Virus record (IMG/VR): IMGVR_UViG_3300037634_008553
Span: 1-32,765 of that record
Length of the DNA: 32,765 nt
Reading direction: 5' to 3' (one strand)
Source: a virus
Lineage: Duplodnaviria; Caudoviricetes
Of this stretch, positions 1 through 10,413 are shown piece after piece; the first letter of the stretch is position 1; each line of letters opens with the position of its first letter. The position numbers and the translations under genes were made by a program. Below the pieces are notes generated by a model that searched no databases, was not told the origin of the DNA, and saw only the letters and a list, made by a program, of their open reading frames with translations.

Positions 1-3000
1 AGCCAACTCAAATTGTCGCCGGTGCCGCTGCTAAAAAGACCGGAATTGGGTCTGTAACTACTCACAATGCCAATCCAAATCCACATTATAAGCTAGACAA
101 TGTTCACACGGGCACTATACGCATTGGATATGATAACGGGTTTATCAGAAGAGGCTTCCAAAACAGTTTTAAGTATAGCTGGATTAAAGATGGCTCTAAG
201 GTGATGTTTAAAGGATATAACGGGGCCCTCTTTATTAGCGAAGAAAACGCGGAGTCGGTTCCATTTACAGAATTTGTTGATTACACGCCGTTGTTTACTG
301 TTGAGGACGACGATAAAATTGAGTTTTTGGAAAAAAGCGAAAATACCATCTCTACAACGGCTTTTGGCACAGTCACTACCGATTTTACATTTTTGAAAAA
401 CCACATATATGAGCCCTACAACAAAGAAACGCTACTTTTGGACGGAAGTGCTAACAATTTCTTGAATCAGCACATTACAACCACCGAAAGCCCAGCAAGC
501 ACTCGTTTGAACGCTTTATTGCTAAACAGAAACGGCCCATTTGGGTGGCCTACATGGAAGCAAATAAGAAATGAATATACGCCGGCATTAATGGTTAGAA
601 AAAATCCTCGCGAGCCACCGTCGATGGAAACTTCTTTCCAAATAGCGAAGCAGGATTATTATCGTTTTCCATATTCTCATGCTTCTTTAAAAAATACGAC
701 CAACAACATTTTCTTTAAGATGTCGGAGGACGATGACGAGATTTTAAACGCCAAATATACTTTTAATATCCACTATATGGAAATATTTGATGAGGACAGC
801 CTTCAGTTTATAAACTTAAGAGACAGCATTCCAGCGTTGCCAAAGTATGATTTTTCAGACAGTATATGTACTGCACTTTTATACAAAACAGATCCGAAAT
901 TTGAAGATTCTAAAATACTTTATTATGATTATGCAGAAACCATTTACCCAAGAGCGCAGTGGCAAACAACCGAAGTGGCTAGAAATTTAGATCAGATAGA
1001 TAGTCTTGTTAACTTTTCTTCCGATAAGGAGACTAGAGCCCATTCAGCACTTACGAACTCGTTGGGTTTCGTATTGGATTATCCCAACGTCAATCAGGCC
1101 GCAGCCGGCCTCTCTTCTTGGCCCATTGAGGTATTAACGCAGTCGTTGAACGGCTCCGCGATAACATTGAGGAGTGGAGAGGCCGTAACATATAACACTG
1201 ATGCGGCTTATACGGCCGCTGGAAGCCTTGCATCTCCCTTTGTTCTTGAATATGTGCAGTCGTCTTATGGGCATGATATGAGCGCTACCACACTTCCCCT
1301 CTCAACGATTTTTGATGAAGGGAGAACGCCCTATAAAAACGATAATGAGTATTTCTTAGATAAGAAACTAGCGCGGTACCGCGGTTTAATGTCAGAATTC
1401 AGGCTTTCTGAGTTTGCTTCACAATTATTTTCGGATCCATCGACTTCAACGAATCTTACTGTCTATGGAAGAAATACTTCTTCGCTGGGTGACAATAAGA
1501 TTGACAAGCTTTTAGCCCGTTATGGATATACTGACAAAATTTTTGAAGTAGATATGCCTCTTGACAAAGTGGACGAATTTGACAATGTAAAAATGACATT
1601 AGAGTGTGATGCAATAGTTAGATTCCGCCCTTATGAGAATTTTTATTGGCAACGATGGCTATATAACAAGGTTTTGAAATTAATATACGAGGATGTGGTT
1701 GTTGATTGTTCTGGCTCCGGAGCTTCCTTTACACAGACGACAGCGCAAACTCCTCTTAGCACTATATTCGCCAAATATCTACAAAAGGGGGTCTTTTATC
1801 CATATTATGGGTTTACAATGACAGGAAGCGTGGCAGCAAACTATCCAGACGCTCTCTTAAATTCTTCGGCCGGCTTGCTTGGAGCAAGAAATATGGATCT
1901 TATTCCACAAGAGTGTGTATATAATGATGTATATTTGCCATCTCACATTTTAGATTCCAGCGCAACGCTTTTGAGCACAGCTTCTTTTGGCAATAGAGAG
2001 TTTGGCTCTTCTGTGTATAGAGAAGAAACATCTAGAACGAGCCAACAGTTTTTAATCGAAACTCAAAAATTGTTTGGCGTTAAAGGCTCACATATTGTTG
2101 GTAAGAAGGCTAAAAATTTCAATCAGCAGGGCGAATTTGTTTATTCTTTAGAAGACAGCGCTCTTAGTAAGCCGCTGGTGATGCATGTTGTATTAGAAAG
2201 AACTGACGGAATGAACAATACAACTATTGGCGACCTACAAGGGCCATGGCCATATTACCAGAACTTGGCGCCATGTGATGGTTTTGGCTCTTTAACCTCT
2301 GATTTTTTCGATGGCGCCACAACATACACATATGACGCCGGCGCCACAAATTTTATTGCACCGTCTAGAACATATCAAGCAGATAGTTCGGTTATACGTT
2401 TTGAGTTTACTCCACCAGTTGTTGGCGCCTCTTCTGGCTCATTTACTCTTCAGGAAGCTCTGTGGGGCTCAAACACCACCGTTCTTTCTTGGAAGACTAG
2501 CATCGCAAAAGAGTTTGGAATTCTTTCAAGCCCGGGCTCCGATTTAAGAGATAGCCTTATTATCACGACTGGGCCTCAAGGGGAGCCTATTTTTAGCCTT
2601 AAGGGAGAAAACCTTTCAGCAATTCTAAACACGACTGGTTCCACCACCACCGCTCCAGCCGCTCCAGCTACAGCTTACAATCACGCACTTCTTGGCTCTT
2701 CTCCATACGTTTCAAATAGTGTGCGTGGAACCAACAAGGGCATCTATTTTTCTATTTATGGGCCAGAATTCAATGATGGCACGATTGATGAGTCCCTTGT
2801 TAGAATGCGGCCTGCAAATGTTAGTACTGTTGGTTCTTTGGCCTCTGTTCTTGGTTTAGAAAATAGCAAATTGGTGGGCGATGTTGATGATATACAACAC
2901 CTAGAAGAGGGGGTTGCGTTTATTCCCATACAAAAAGATGATTGTGAAAAAACTAAATTCTTTGACATTCCAGAGGACAGATTCTTTGGAAGACTACTAT

Positions 3001-3620
3001 ATTTGCAATTGAAGGGAAGGCTAAAATATGAATATTTTGAAGAAAAAGAGCTAGAAAGTATATCAGCCACACAGGATATAAATAAAATAAGAGAGAAAGA
3101 TAATTATATAGACGATTTGATTATGAGCATGGAAAAATATGTGTGGCCAATAGAACTTGACTTTTTAAGAACAATTCGCATGAATAAAGATCTTGTCAAT
3201 TTACGAGGTGGTAAAATAGAATGGCTGGGTGAAGCTATTAATCCCTTTATTGCATTTTCTTTTGATATGCAACAAAAGTGGACCATTGATCAGCGTATTG
3301 CTGCATGGCAGGGGAACTTGCCTGATCTGGAAGCAGAAAGGCTTCAACAAACTATAACTTTTGACATGCAAGAAGTTTTTGGCAAAAAGGTTCCAAAAGA
3401 TCTCCGCGCCCTAACTTTTAAAATTAAAAAGCGCGCTGAGCATAATTATGATAACTTTATAAATCGGCGTTTAGGAAAAGAAACATACAGAGAAATTGAT
3501 GATGGGATTAGCCACAATTGGCCATATGATGAGTTTACTCTTGTAGAATATGCAAAAATAAAAGCAACTCTTTCGTGCACGAACCGTGATAAAGATTATG
3601 AAAAGGAGGAGAGTGAGTGA
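1..3620 (+). CDS. Very large putative virion structural (baseplate/tail-associated) protein, 5'-truncated
   Basis: The frame of the 201..3620 ORF is open back to position 3 (PTQIVAGAAAKKTGIGSVTT...), so the true start lies upstream of the window. Ser/Thr/Gly-rich, ends in HNWPYDEFTLVEYAKI, and sits in a structural gene context. Function inferred only. Confidence 0.6.
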   Translation, partial: PTQIVAGAAAKKTGIGSVTTHNANPNPHYKLDNVHTGTIRIGYDNGFIRRGFQNSFKYSWIKDGSKVMFKGYNGALFISEENAESVPFTEFVDYTPLFTVEDDDKIEFLEKSENTISTTAFGTVTTDFTFLKNHIYEPYNKETLLLDGSANNFLNQHITTTESPASTRLNALLLNRNGPFGWPTWKQIRNEYTPALMVRKNPREPPSMETSFQIAKQDYYRFPYSHASLKNTTNNIFFKMSEDDDEILNAKYTFNIHYMEIFDEDSLQFINLRDSIPALPKYDFSDSICTALLYKTDPKFEDSKILYYDYAETIYPRAQWQTTEVARNLDQIDSLVNFSSDKETRAHSALTNSLGFVLDYPNVNQAAAGLSSWPIEVLTQSLNGSAITLRSGEAVTYNTDAAYTAAGSLASPFVLEYVQSSYGHDMSATTLPLSTIFDEGRTPYKNDNEYFLDKKLARYRGLMSEFRLSEFASQLFSDPSTSTNLTVYGRNTSSLGDNKIDKLLARYGYTDKIFEVDMPLDKVDEFDNVKMTLECDAIVRFRPYENFYWQRWLYNKVLKLIYEDVVVDCSGSGASFTQTTAQTPLSTIFAKYLQKGVFYPYYGFTMTGSVAANYPDALLNSSAGLLGARNMDLIPQECVYNDVYLPSHILDSSATLLSTASFGNREFGSSVYREETSRTSQQFLIETQKLFGVKGSHIVGKKAKNFNQQGEFVYSLEDSALSKPLVMHVVLERTDGMNNTTIGDLQGPWPYYQNLAPCDGFGSLTSDFFDGATTYTYDAGATNFIAPSRTYQADSSVIRFEFTPPVVGASSGSFTLQEALWGSNTTVLSWKTSIAKEFGILSSPGSDLRDSLIITTGPQGEPIFSLKGENLSAILNTTGSTTTAPAAPATAYNHALLGSSPYVSNSVRGTNKGIYFSIYGPEFNDGTIDESLVRMRPANVSTVGSLASVLGLENSKLVGDVDDIQHLEEGVAFIPIQKDDCEKTKFFDIPEDRFFGRLLYLQLKGRLKYEYFEEKELESISATQDINKIREKDNYIDDLIMSMEKYVWPIELDFLRTIRMNKDLVNLRGGKIEWLGEAINPFIAFSFDMQQKWTIDQRIAAWQGNLPDLEAERLQQTITFDMQEVFGKKVPKDLRALTFKIKKRAEHNYDNFINRRLGKETYREIDDGISHNWPYDEFTLVEYAKIKATLSCTNRDKDYEKEESE

Positions 3621-4486
3621 CTTTTTTAAACAAAAAAGAAGAGGTCATTGATTTAATTTTGACGACCAAGGGAAGAGAAAAGCTGTCTAAGAACAGGTTT
3701 AAGCCCCATTATTATGAATTTTATGATAACGAAATTATTTATGATGGCGCTTATATTTCCACAGGCAGTGTGGAAGCTCAAAATCAAATTGCTGGCCGCA
3801 TAAGAGAAGCGCTTATATCTAAAAATCAATCATCTTGGCAAGCACCCATATCAGGACAAGAGGCTTCTCAAGAGACTGGCGATGGCCAGGCCATGGCGAT
3901 GTTGATCAATGGTAAGGTCGTCAACATCGACACGCCGGAGTTTGTTTTAAAAGGAAAAAGCTTTCTAATTGAAAGAGAACCATATTTTTATGAAATGGGG
4001 GAATCAAATCCTTTTTCACAACAGAAGCCGGCTTGGTTTATTAATTTTCTTAAAGGTTCAATAACCGGCTCCGTAAAACACGTACCATTAGAAAAAAATA
4101 TTCCTCTCTTACAAAATTATTTTGGAGAAAAAATACCGCAACTTAACGCGTTTTGCAAATACCAAGTTTATATAGCATATGATGAAAACAAGTGGTACAT
4201 AATGTATGATCGATCCTCTGACGACCTCTTAACATCAATTTTTGAAGTCAATGAATTGGATAAAAGTGAAAATTTTGAAGTGGAAGTATACCAATATGAG
4301 CACGATCCTAATAATTCGATTACAAATTTAAGGCCTTTATACTTTGAAGGCAGTGAGTATACTGACGAATACGTTGAATATTATTTTGATGTGGCTTTTG
4401 ACAAAGCCGAATCCTTGGAAATTGATTATGTGGAAGCTTTGAATAAACAAAAAGAACTCATTAAAGAAATTGAGGGGGAATGCTAA
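3617..4486 (+). CDS. Putative baseplate/tail-fibre attachment protein (N-terminal paralog of 10414..11391)
   Basis: GTG start with AGGAGG at 3604-3609. N-terminus FLNKKEEVIDLILTTKGREKLSKNRFKPHYYEFYDNEIIY aligns with FLDNEGNLVVDAILTDEGRKLLAEGAFNPTHYSFGDDDINY. Confidence 0.55.
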   Translation: MTFLNKKEEVIDLILTTKGREKLSKNRFKPHYYEFYDNEIIYDGAYISTGSVEAQNQIAGRIREALISKNQSSWQAPISGQEASQETGDGQAMAMLINGKVVNIDTPEFVLKGKSFLIEREPYFYEMGESNPFSQQKPAWFINFLKGSITGSVKHVPLEKNIPLLQNYFGEKIPQLNAFCKYQVYIAYDENKWYIMYDRSSDDLLTSIFEVNELDKSENFEVEVYQYEHDPNNSITNLRPLYFEGSEYTDEYVEYYFDVAFDKAESLEIDYVEALNKQKELIKEIEGEC

Positions 4487-6951
4487 TTAAACAGATGAGT
4501 GATTTTTTTATTATAAACACTAAAGGGCACATCTCACCCGACAATACACATAACCATGCTGCAGAGGAGGGGCTCTATACAGATGGTGGTGATTTTCTTC
4601 TCGCTGATGGCACCGAATTCAAAGGCTATTATCACCTTCATACAAATGGCTCCTATTTGGCCGGCTATACAAGCAACGAATGTGATATAGACAGTATAAC
4701 AAATTATCCATCCCCGCAAGAGCCAATTTGGCATGAAGTTTTAACTTCAATAAGCGCGGCCTCTGCAGAGGATACTTTTTTTATTGAGCCGTCATCTGTG
4801 CTTTCATTTCTTGGAATTGATCAAAAAATTATTAATAGTGGCATACCGCAAATAATGCGCTCCGTAAAAGCCGAAAAGGAATATCTTATTACAACGGCGC
4901 CTTTGCGGGAGGGAGATATAGTATATAAGAATGTTTTAGTTCCCTATTATGTTTATATTAATGACAATTACTCTTTTACTAGCATAGGAAACGATTTTAT
5001 AAGCAATGAAGCAGAAGAGGAATTAGATACTGAAATTGTTAATTTTATCCAACAGAATTATTTAGGCTACTTGAGTCGCCATGGCCATAAAATTATAAAT
5101 TCTAATTCGAATGCTGCTTCTATACTCTCTATGTTGTCTAGCGAATATTCAGTTGTGCCCCCCACTTTTAAAAATCCTCTTTTATATCAAAGTGGCGATG
5201 TCTATGAGGCATATGACGTAGAAGACATTATGATAACAAAGGCACCCAATAGTATAAAGGCAAAAATAAAATTTAATGAAAGTTTTGCCAACTCGGCGAA
5301 CCCTTTGATAGCATGTGAATTATTAACTACCAAAGATGAAAAAAAGAAATATTTTTCTAACATTAAAAGCTTTGAGGAATCTTTTGTTGCCACTGATCTT
5401 TATGGCGCCGTAGAGTTAGCGAAGAATGGTTTAGAGGTACCCACCACTCAGGTATTTACTAAACAAATTGACGAGGGCAGCACGGACTTGTTTTTTGATG
5501 ATATTAACTATGGAGACGAAGAAATTGGTCTTTTAATATCTTTAGTTTCTGATGAAAATGTCTTTACTTTTTATTTGGCCCTTTATGTGCCATTTACATA
5601 CAATCATCCCACGATTGATCTGGTCACGACCCGGGAAGTCCCTTTTTCAACGCCCATCAAGAAGTGTTCTTATGAAAACTCAAACTTTTCAAAATTATAT
5701 TGTTCTTATACACCCGAATCTGCGCATCTGTTTTTCTGTTTCAATATAGGAAATTATATAAAAGATATTATAACTTTTCCGGGTGCTTTTAGTATGAGCT
5801 TATTAGATAAATTCACAGCGGAACCTTATTTGTTACAAAAAAGAATTTCCATAAATAACAACCAGATGAAATCAATCGGCATTTCAACATCATATTATGA
5901 TGAAAGTAAAAAAATCCCTCTTGTCTCTAAGCTTTTAAGTTATTCTGATAATGGGGTGGTACACTATTTTGGTACAACTTCTTTGGAAAGGTATGAAAAA
6001 TATAATTATGATTTTAATATGATGATTAGAGATTTTTCTTTAGATATAGCAAAAAGAAAAATTAGGCATATGACTTCTATGATTGGAATTTTAGAGGATG
6101 TCTTTGTGAAAGAAACAAACAAATCGATGGAACTAGGGACCTTGACTTGTTTGATAGACGAAATGAGAATATTTTATGACAATATATGGCCAACTGGCGT
6201 AGAATATCTGGATAAGGTTGGAGAATATAATTTTGTTTTGAGCGCAGAAAGCGCTGTTATTATAATAGACTTTTTTAGGGATATGATATATGATATTCGA
6301 ACCACCATGCTAAGCGCTGATATCAAAAAAAGCACCGTCACCAACTGGGCGATGCCCCCGGTTACCAATGTTGTCTCTTTAAAACACGAATTTCAAAAAA
6401 CGGTTGAAAAAAAGCCTGAAAAAACACATACATATGAAAACACATTTACACATGACAACCCACTCCCAACCTTGTCTTTAGCGGAAATCGCCGATAGTAG
6501 TTTTTCAGATGTGTACAAAGAAGAAAATATTCAATGTACGATCATGAATGAGATCCCAGAAAGTTTTTTGGCGACTCATAAGGCCTTCGAAAAACAATAT
6601 TTATATTATGATCTCAGCAACTTGCAAAAATATGCGCCCAATTACGAGTTAGGGGCATGTGATAGAGAGCTTGGCATGCCGCTTTCCCCTCAACCGCCTG
6701 TTCAAAATATAAAATATGCGCAAAAAGCGGAAAACATATCTTTGCAAGTGGCTGTTAATTATGAACGATTTAATGTAGATTGTGATTATGGAAATAAAAA
6801 TGATATCGTGGTAAGCGCACCAAAATTCATTAATCTATCAGATACATATGAAGAGGGGGCTGAAAATGCATCTATGGCCCCGGGAACATATTTGGCGAAA
6901 TTGGATATTGAGGATGTCTATTACAATCAATATTTTTTACTAGAAGTATAA
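4480..6951 (+). CDS. Hypothetical large protein, probably virion-associated
   Basis: 823-aa ORF overlapping the upstream stop (alternative start ATG 4495). N-terminal motif LYTDGGDFLLADGTEFKGYYH. No catalytic motif recognised. Confidence 0.5.
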   Translation: MLIKQMSDFFIINTKGHISPDNTHNHAAEEGLYTDGGDFLLADGTEFKGYYHLHTNGSYLAGYTSNECDIDSITNYPSPQEPIWHEVLTSISAASAEDTFFIEPSSVLSFLGIDQKIINSGIPQIMRSVKAEKEYLITTAPLREGDIVYKNVLVPYYVYINDNYSFTSIGNDFISNEAEEELDTEIVNFIQQNYLGYLSRHGHKIINSNSNAASILSMLSSEYSVVPPTFKNPLLYQSGDVYEAYDVEDIMITKAPNSIKAKIKFNESFANSANPLIACELLTTKDEKKKYFSNIKSFEESFVATDLYGAVELAKNGLEVPTTQVFTKQIDEGSTDLFFDDINYGDEEIGLLISLVSDENVFTFYLALYVPFTYNHPTIDLVTTREVPFSTPIKKCSYENSNFSKLYCSYTPESAHLFFCFNIGNYIKDIITFPGAFSMSLLDKFTAEPYLLQKRISINNNQMKSIGISTSYYDESKKIPLVSKLLSYSDNGVVHYFGTTSLERYEKYNYDFNMMIRDFSLDIAKRKIRHMTSMIGILEDVFVKETNKSMELGTLTCLIDEMRIFYDNIWPTGVEYLDKVGEYNFVLSAESAVIIIDFFRDMIYDIRTTMLSADIKKSTVTNWAMPPVTNVVSLKHEFQKTVEKKPEKTHTYENTFTHDNPLPTLSLAEIADSSFSDVYKEENIQCTIMNEIPESFLATHKAFEKQYLYYDLSNLQKYAPNYELGACDRELGMPLSPQPPVQNIKYAQKAENISLQVAVNYERFNVDCDYGNKNDIVVSAPKFINLSDTYEEGAENASMAPGTYLAKLDIEDVYYNQYFLLEV

Positions 6952-6954
6952 AAC

Positions 6955-9900
6955 ATGACAACAATTCATTCTACAAAAAAAGTTTTTTCCAAGAACGGTT
7001 TTTTATTCACCGCTGGCACTTTTGCCAATCTAAAAGATAAACAATTTGTAGCTGTTGCTAAACCAACTGCTATTTTACGATATGGCACCGGCGCAGTTTA
7101 TAAAATTAATGAAGGTTTCGGCGCCGGTGCAGACCTCGCACCTTTAGAAATTGCTTTTGGCGATCCAGAGTATTATTTTGATGCAGGTCACAAACACTTT
7201 AAATATTGGGAAAATGAGAAGGCAATTATTTCTACTAATGGGTGGACATATAGTAACGGCTCAATGGCCCCACCAGAGTTTGCAAAAGGCTCTTTAGATA
7301 CTATAAATAAATTATTTAATGGTGGTTATATGCCTTTGTTGGCCACTAAACAATTTCCGAAAAAAACGGGCAAAGCCATTTCGAAATGGAAATTTGAGGA
7401 ATTTCCGGAAGAGATTTTTAAGCAGCCGAATTGGCCAACAAAAAAATATAAAAACAGGTACCGCAATGGCATAATGACTAAAAATCCTGCAGGTACCATC
7501 AAAGATATTAACTCTCCCACGTTCAGATTTTCCATGGCCGCCGATATTTTGGGAATGGAGCCCGATAAAACAAAGACTTATACGAGTTGGGTTGATAGAA
7601 TATTGAAGACTCAATTTACTGGTAACAGCTACATATATTGGTTTTATATCTCTTCGAAGAAAGCCGCTTATATTGATCAAATCACTAGCGATGACTATAA
7701 CGGGACAAGCGCCCCGCCAGTTTCTATAAAAGCAGAACAACTTCCCGGTAAACCCGCCGTGCCTCCCATTAATACTAAGATGGCTGGATATGATGGGCTT
7801 AAGAACGTTTATCTTCAGCAGTTGGCGACAATGTGTGAAGCGGCCCGCGAAAAATTTTTTGTGGGGAAAGCCTCAAACCAAGTCCAAGCCGTAGTCCCAG
7901 TTGGCTTTGAAAACGATTTTAATAGCCTTATTAAAACAGACAACGCAGTTTCGGTGGAGCTTAAAAATATAGCAAAGTTTGGAGAGTATTTAGATGAATA
8001 TGAAGAGGCCAAGAAATTAGGCGACAAAGGAGAGCATCGAATTATAAGCTTTTATACGTCGCAACTTAACCCAGCAAAAGATTACCCAAAGCCTACAAAA
8101 AGCATTCTTTACGACTTTAAGGTTGCGCCGTCCACCACCACCAGCACCGTTGTTTTGGAGGTTGCTGATTTGCTTAAAGCGCCGAAGAGTGCACCCGGAA
8201 TGGCGCACATAACTGTCACCTTTACTGCCGATTTTTCAACCGATCTTGAATATAATAAAGTTAATTACTTATCTTCAACGGCCGTAAATCAAGCCGTTAC
8301 TAGAAAAAGATTAATGTTTAGAAGGCTTTTGATGGACAAATTAATATCTCCCTCATCTAAAACATATTATGGGCAAAATTTGACAAACAAAGGGGGCGCT
8401 TCGGTTATTTATAATTCAGCAGGCGCCAACTCAATTACTCATGGAAAGATCGAAGTTTTATCAGAAGGTAAGGAAAAGGATAAATGGCCAGAAGGCCTGA
8501 GCGGCGATTGGCAGTATAGTTCTGCGGCGTTCGACTGGCTACCAGACAACGCGATGCCGGCATATCAAAACAAGCTTTTATATGATTACGTTTTAGGTGG
8601 GCATAGAACTTTCGAAGATATAGTGGATGGCAAATTAGCTCGTAATGAGACTATAGGGTACAGAATTACAAAATCTCGCTCCCATGGGGTTTCGCTGCAT
8701 CATGTATCCTCAATTTATATTGTGAATGCACACTCAGGCCCACTTAAAGTTCCTTTGACATATGTTGATACTCAAATTATTCCCGGCGTAAAATATTCAT
8801 ATGAGGTGGAGCAGATAGTGGCTGTAGCTGGCACAAAATTAAGCTATTCTTTGATGTTTGGCTCGACACCTTTTGTTGATACCACCGTGGGGAGCTATTT
8901 TACAAAGGGTAGTGATAGTTTTGATGAAAAGCTTCCAATATATCGAAAAGTACAAATGGATACCGGCCCTCTTAAGGTTGAGGGATATGGCACGGGCAAA
9001 CCGTCCCAAGCCGGCCAGCCTTCGGGCGCCCGCCAGTTTATAATTCCAAAAACAGCTTTTAAATTACCCTTTAGTGTTGTGGGGAAAAAAGAAACAGAAG
9101 TATTTTTGATGCCGGTGGGCTCTGTACAACAGGATATAGGAGACATAACTAAAGAAAAAGGGCCAGATATAAAAGAAACTATAGTAACTCCACTTACTGC
9201 ACCAACTATAACAATATATACCTATAGAGAAATCAACAACAAAGTAACGCTTAAGTTAGAATCGATTGCTGGAGAAGAAAGGAAGGTGGCGTCCTCTCAA
9301 GAAATAATTAAGTATGAGGGCAAAGAAATTATAAACAAAAAGGATGGAACCATTACCTTTAATTCGGAAGGAAAAAAGGTCGCCATGTTTAAAATTTATA
9401 GAACTACAACACCCCCCACCTCATATGAAGATTTTCCTTCAACGCCACACAAAATTATTGAAATTGGTGAAAACACCTATAACGACGAAAAGAAAAAGTG
9501 GGAATTCGTCTCTCCCAGCTTTGCTTGGGTGGGTGATAAAATAGAGCCTAATACAACATATTATTATTATGCTGTAGGGGTGGATAAGAGTAATTTAGAA
9601 TCAAAAAACAGCTTTGTTGTCAAGGTTGAAATTACTGATGAATCTGGCATGATTTATGGTTTAGTGGAAGCTTTTTCTATAGAAAAGGCCAAAGAAAAAG
9701 AAATAAAGGCGAGAAAAAAGACTAAAAGATTTAAGCGATTAATAAGAATTAAGCCCTCTTTCTTACAAGCCGCCCCTAACCCAAGCGGGGATAATGAATA
9801 TGTGGGGTATTTAGAAGAAAAGCACAAAATTGAACAAAATGTTTTTGCGCTTCCAAAAGACGTTTTTGGGGTACCCACCACTCCTAGTGGCAATAATATT

Positions 9901-10341
9901 ATCCCCGGTTTTAAATTTCGTATAAAATCTCTTAAATCGCGACGAAAAATGGACATAAATGTTCTATTTACCAGAGAAACAAAAGTTGTAAGTTTAGATA
10001 AGGTGCCACCCACAGCTGAAATTGTTTTTCAAGACAATATTTCTACGATGCCGGGCGGCGTGATTGCCGAACAGTTGACGGAGGCCGCTAAAAAACTCAA
10101 AAAAGAGGGCTATTATGAAAAGAAGAAAAAGTGCACGACCGTCACCATGGCCAAAAAATTATCATGGTGGGAAGAAGCCATGGAAATTGATAAGTGTTCG
10201 GGCGGCAAGTGTTTTGAAGTGTGCCAGAAATCTGGCAAATGTCCCAAAACTGACTTCGACGCCTGCTCGCCTTGTGTTAGCCAGTGCTTGGACATGGATG
10301 TTCTTGTCGGGGATGAGCATGAACTGAAGGTGCTCCCGTGA
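6955..10341 (+). CDS. Large putative virion protein with fibronectin-III/Ig-like segments and Cys-rich C-terminus
   Basis: FN3-like signatures YVDTQIIPGVKYSYEV and FKIYR...DKIEPNTTYYYYAVGVDKSNLES. Eight Cys in the last ~70 aa. Confidence 0.55.
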   Translation: MTTIHSTKKVFSKNGFLFTAGTFANLKDKQFVAVAKPTAILRYGTGAVYKINEGFGAGADLAPLEIAFGDPEYYFDAGHKHFKYWENEKAIISTNGWTYSNGSMAPPEFAKGSLDTINKLFNGGYMPLLATKQFPKKTGKAISKWKFEEFPEEIFKQPNWPTKKYKNRYRNGIMTKNPAGTIKDINSPTFRFSMAADILGMEPDKTKTYTSWVDRILKTQFTGNSYIYWFYISSKKAAYIDQITSDDYNGTSAPPVSIKAEQLPGKPAVPPINTKMAGYDGLKNVYLQQLATMCEAAREKFFVGKASNQVQAVVPVGFENDFNSLIKTDNAVSVELKNIAKFGEYLDEYEEAKKLGDKGEHRIISFYTSQLNPAKDYPKPTKSILYDFKVAPSTTTSTVVLEVADLLKAPKSAPGMAHITVTFTADFSTDLEYNKVNYLSSTAVNQAVTRKRLMFRRLLMDKLISPSSKTYYGQNLTNKGGASVIYNSAGANSITHGKIEVLSEGKEKDKWPEGLSGDWQYSSAAFDWLPDNAMPAYQNKLLYDYVLGGHRTFEDIVDGKLARNETIGYRITKSRSHGVSLHHVSSIYIVNAHSGPLKVPLTYVDTQIIPGVKYSYEVEQIVAVAGTKLSYSLMFGSTPFVDTTVGSYFTKGSDSFDEKLPIYRKVQMDTGPLKVEGYGTGKPSQAGQPSGARQFIIPKTAFKLPFSVVGKKETEVFLMPVGSVQQDIGDITKEKGPDIKETIVTPLTAPTITIYTYREINNKVTLKLESIAGEERKVASSQEIIKYEGKEIINKKDGTITFNSEGKKVAMFKIYRTTTPPTSYEDFPSTPHKIIEIGENTYNDEKKKWEFVSPSFAWVGDKIEPNTTYYYYAVGVDKSNLESKNSFVVKVEITDESGMIYGLVEAFSIEKAKEKEIKARKKTKRFKRLIRIKPSFLQAAPNPSGDNEYVGYLEEKHKIEQNVFALPKDVFGVPTTPSGNNIIPGFKFRIKSLKSRRKMDINVLFTRETKVVSLDKVPPTAEIVFQDNISTMPGGVIAEQLTEAAKKLKKEGYYEKKKKCTTVTMAKKLSWWEEAMEIDKCSGGKCFEVCQKSGKCPKTDFDACSPCVSQCLDMDVLVGDEHELKVLP

Positions 10342-10377
10342 CGTTTGAGGATATTTGATGTTTTTATGTTTAAAAAG

Positions 10378-10386
10378 ACTATTTAT
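10378..10386 (+). promoter_or_regulatory. Candidate phage late promoter ACTATTTA(T)
   Basis: Intergenic, ~28 nt upstream of ATG 10414. The same motif recurs upstream of other structural genes. Confidence 0.5.
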
Positions 10387-10413
10387 TTGTGTTAATGGAA
10401 GAGAGGATAAAAA

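Noticed and set aside
201-203. ORF-track start for the first gene
   Set aside because: The frame is open to the window edge, so the gene is 5'-truncated.
1501-1590. TTGACA hexamers at 1501 and 1561 as promoters
   Set aside because: No -10 element at 16-18 nt spacing, and they are deep inside a CDS.
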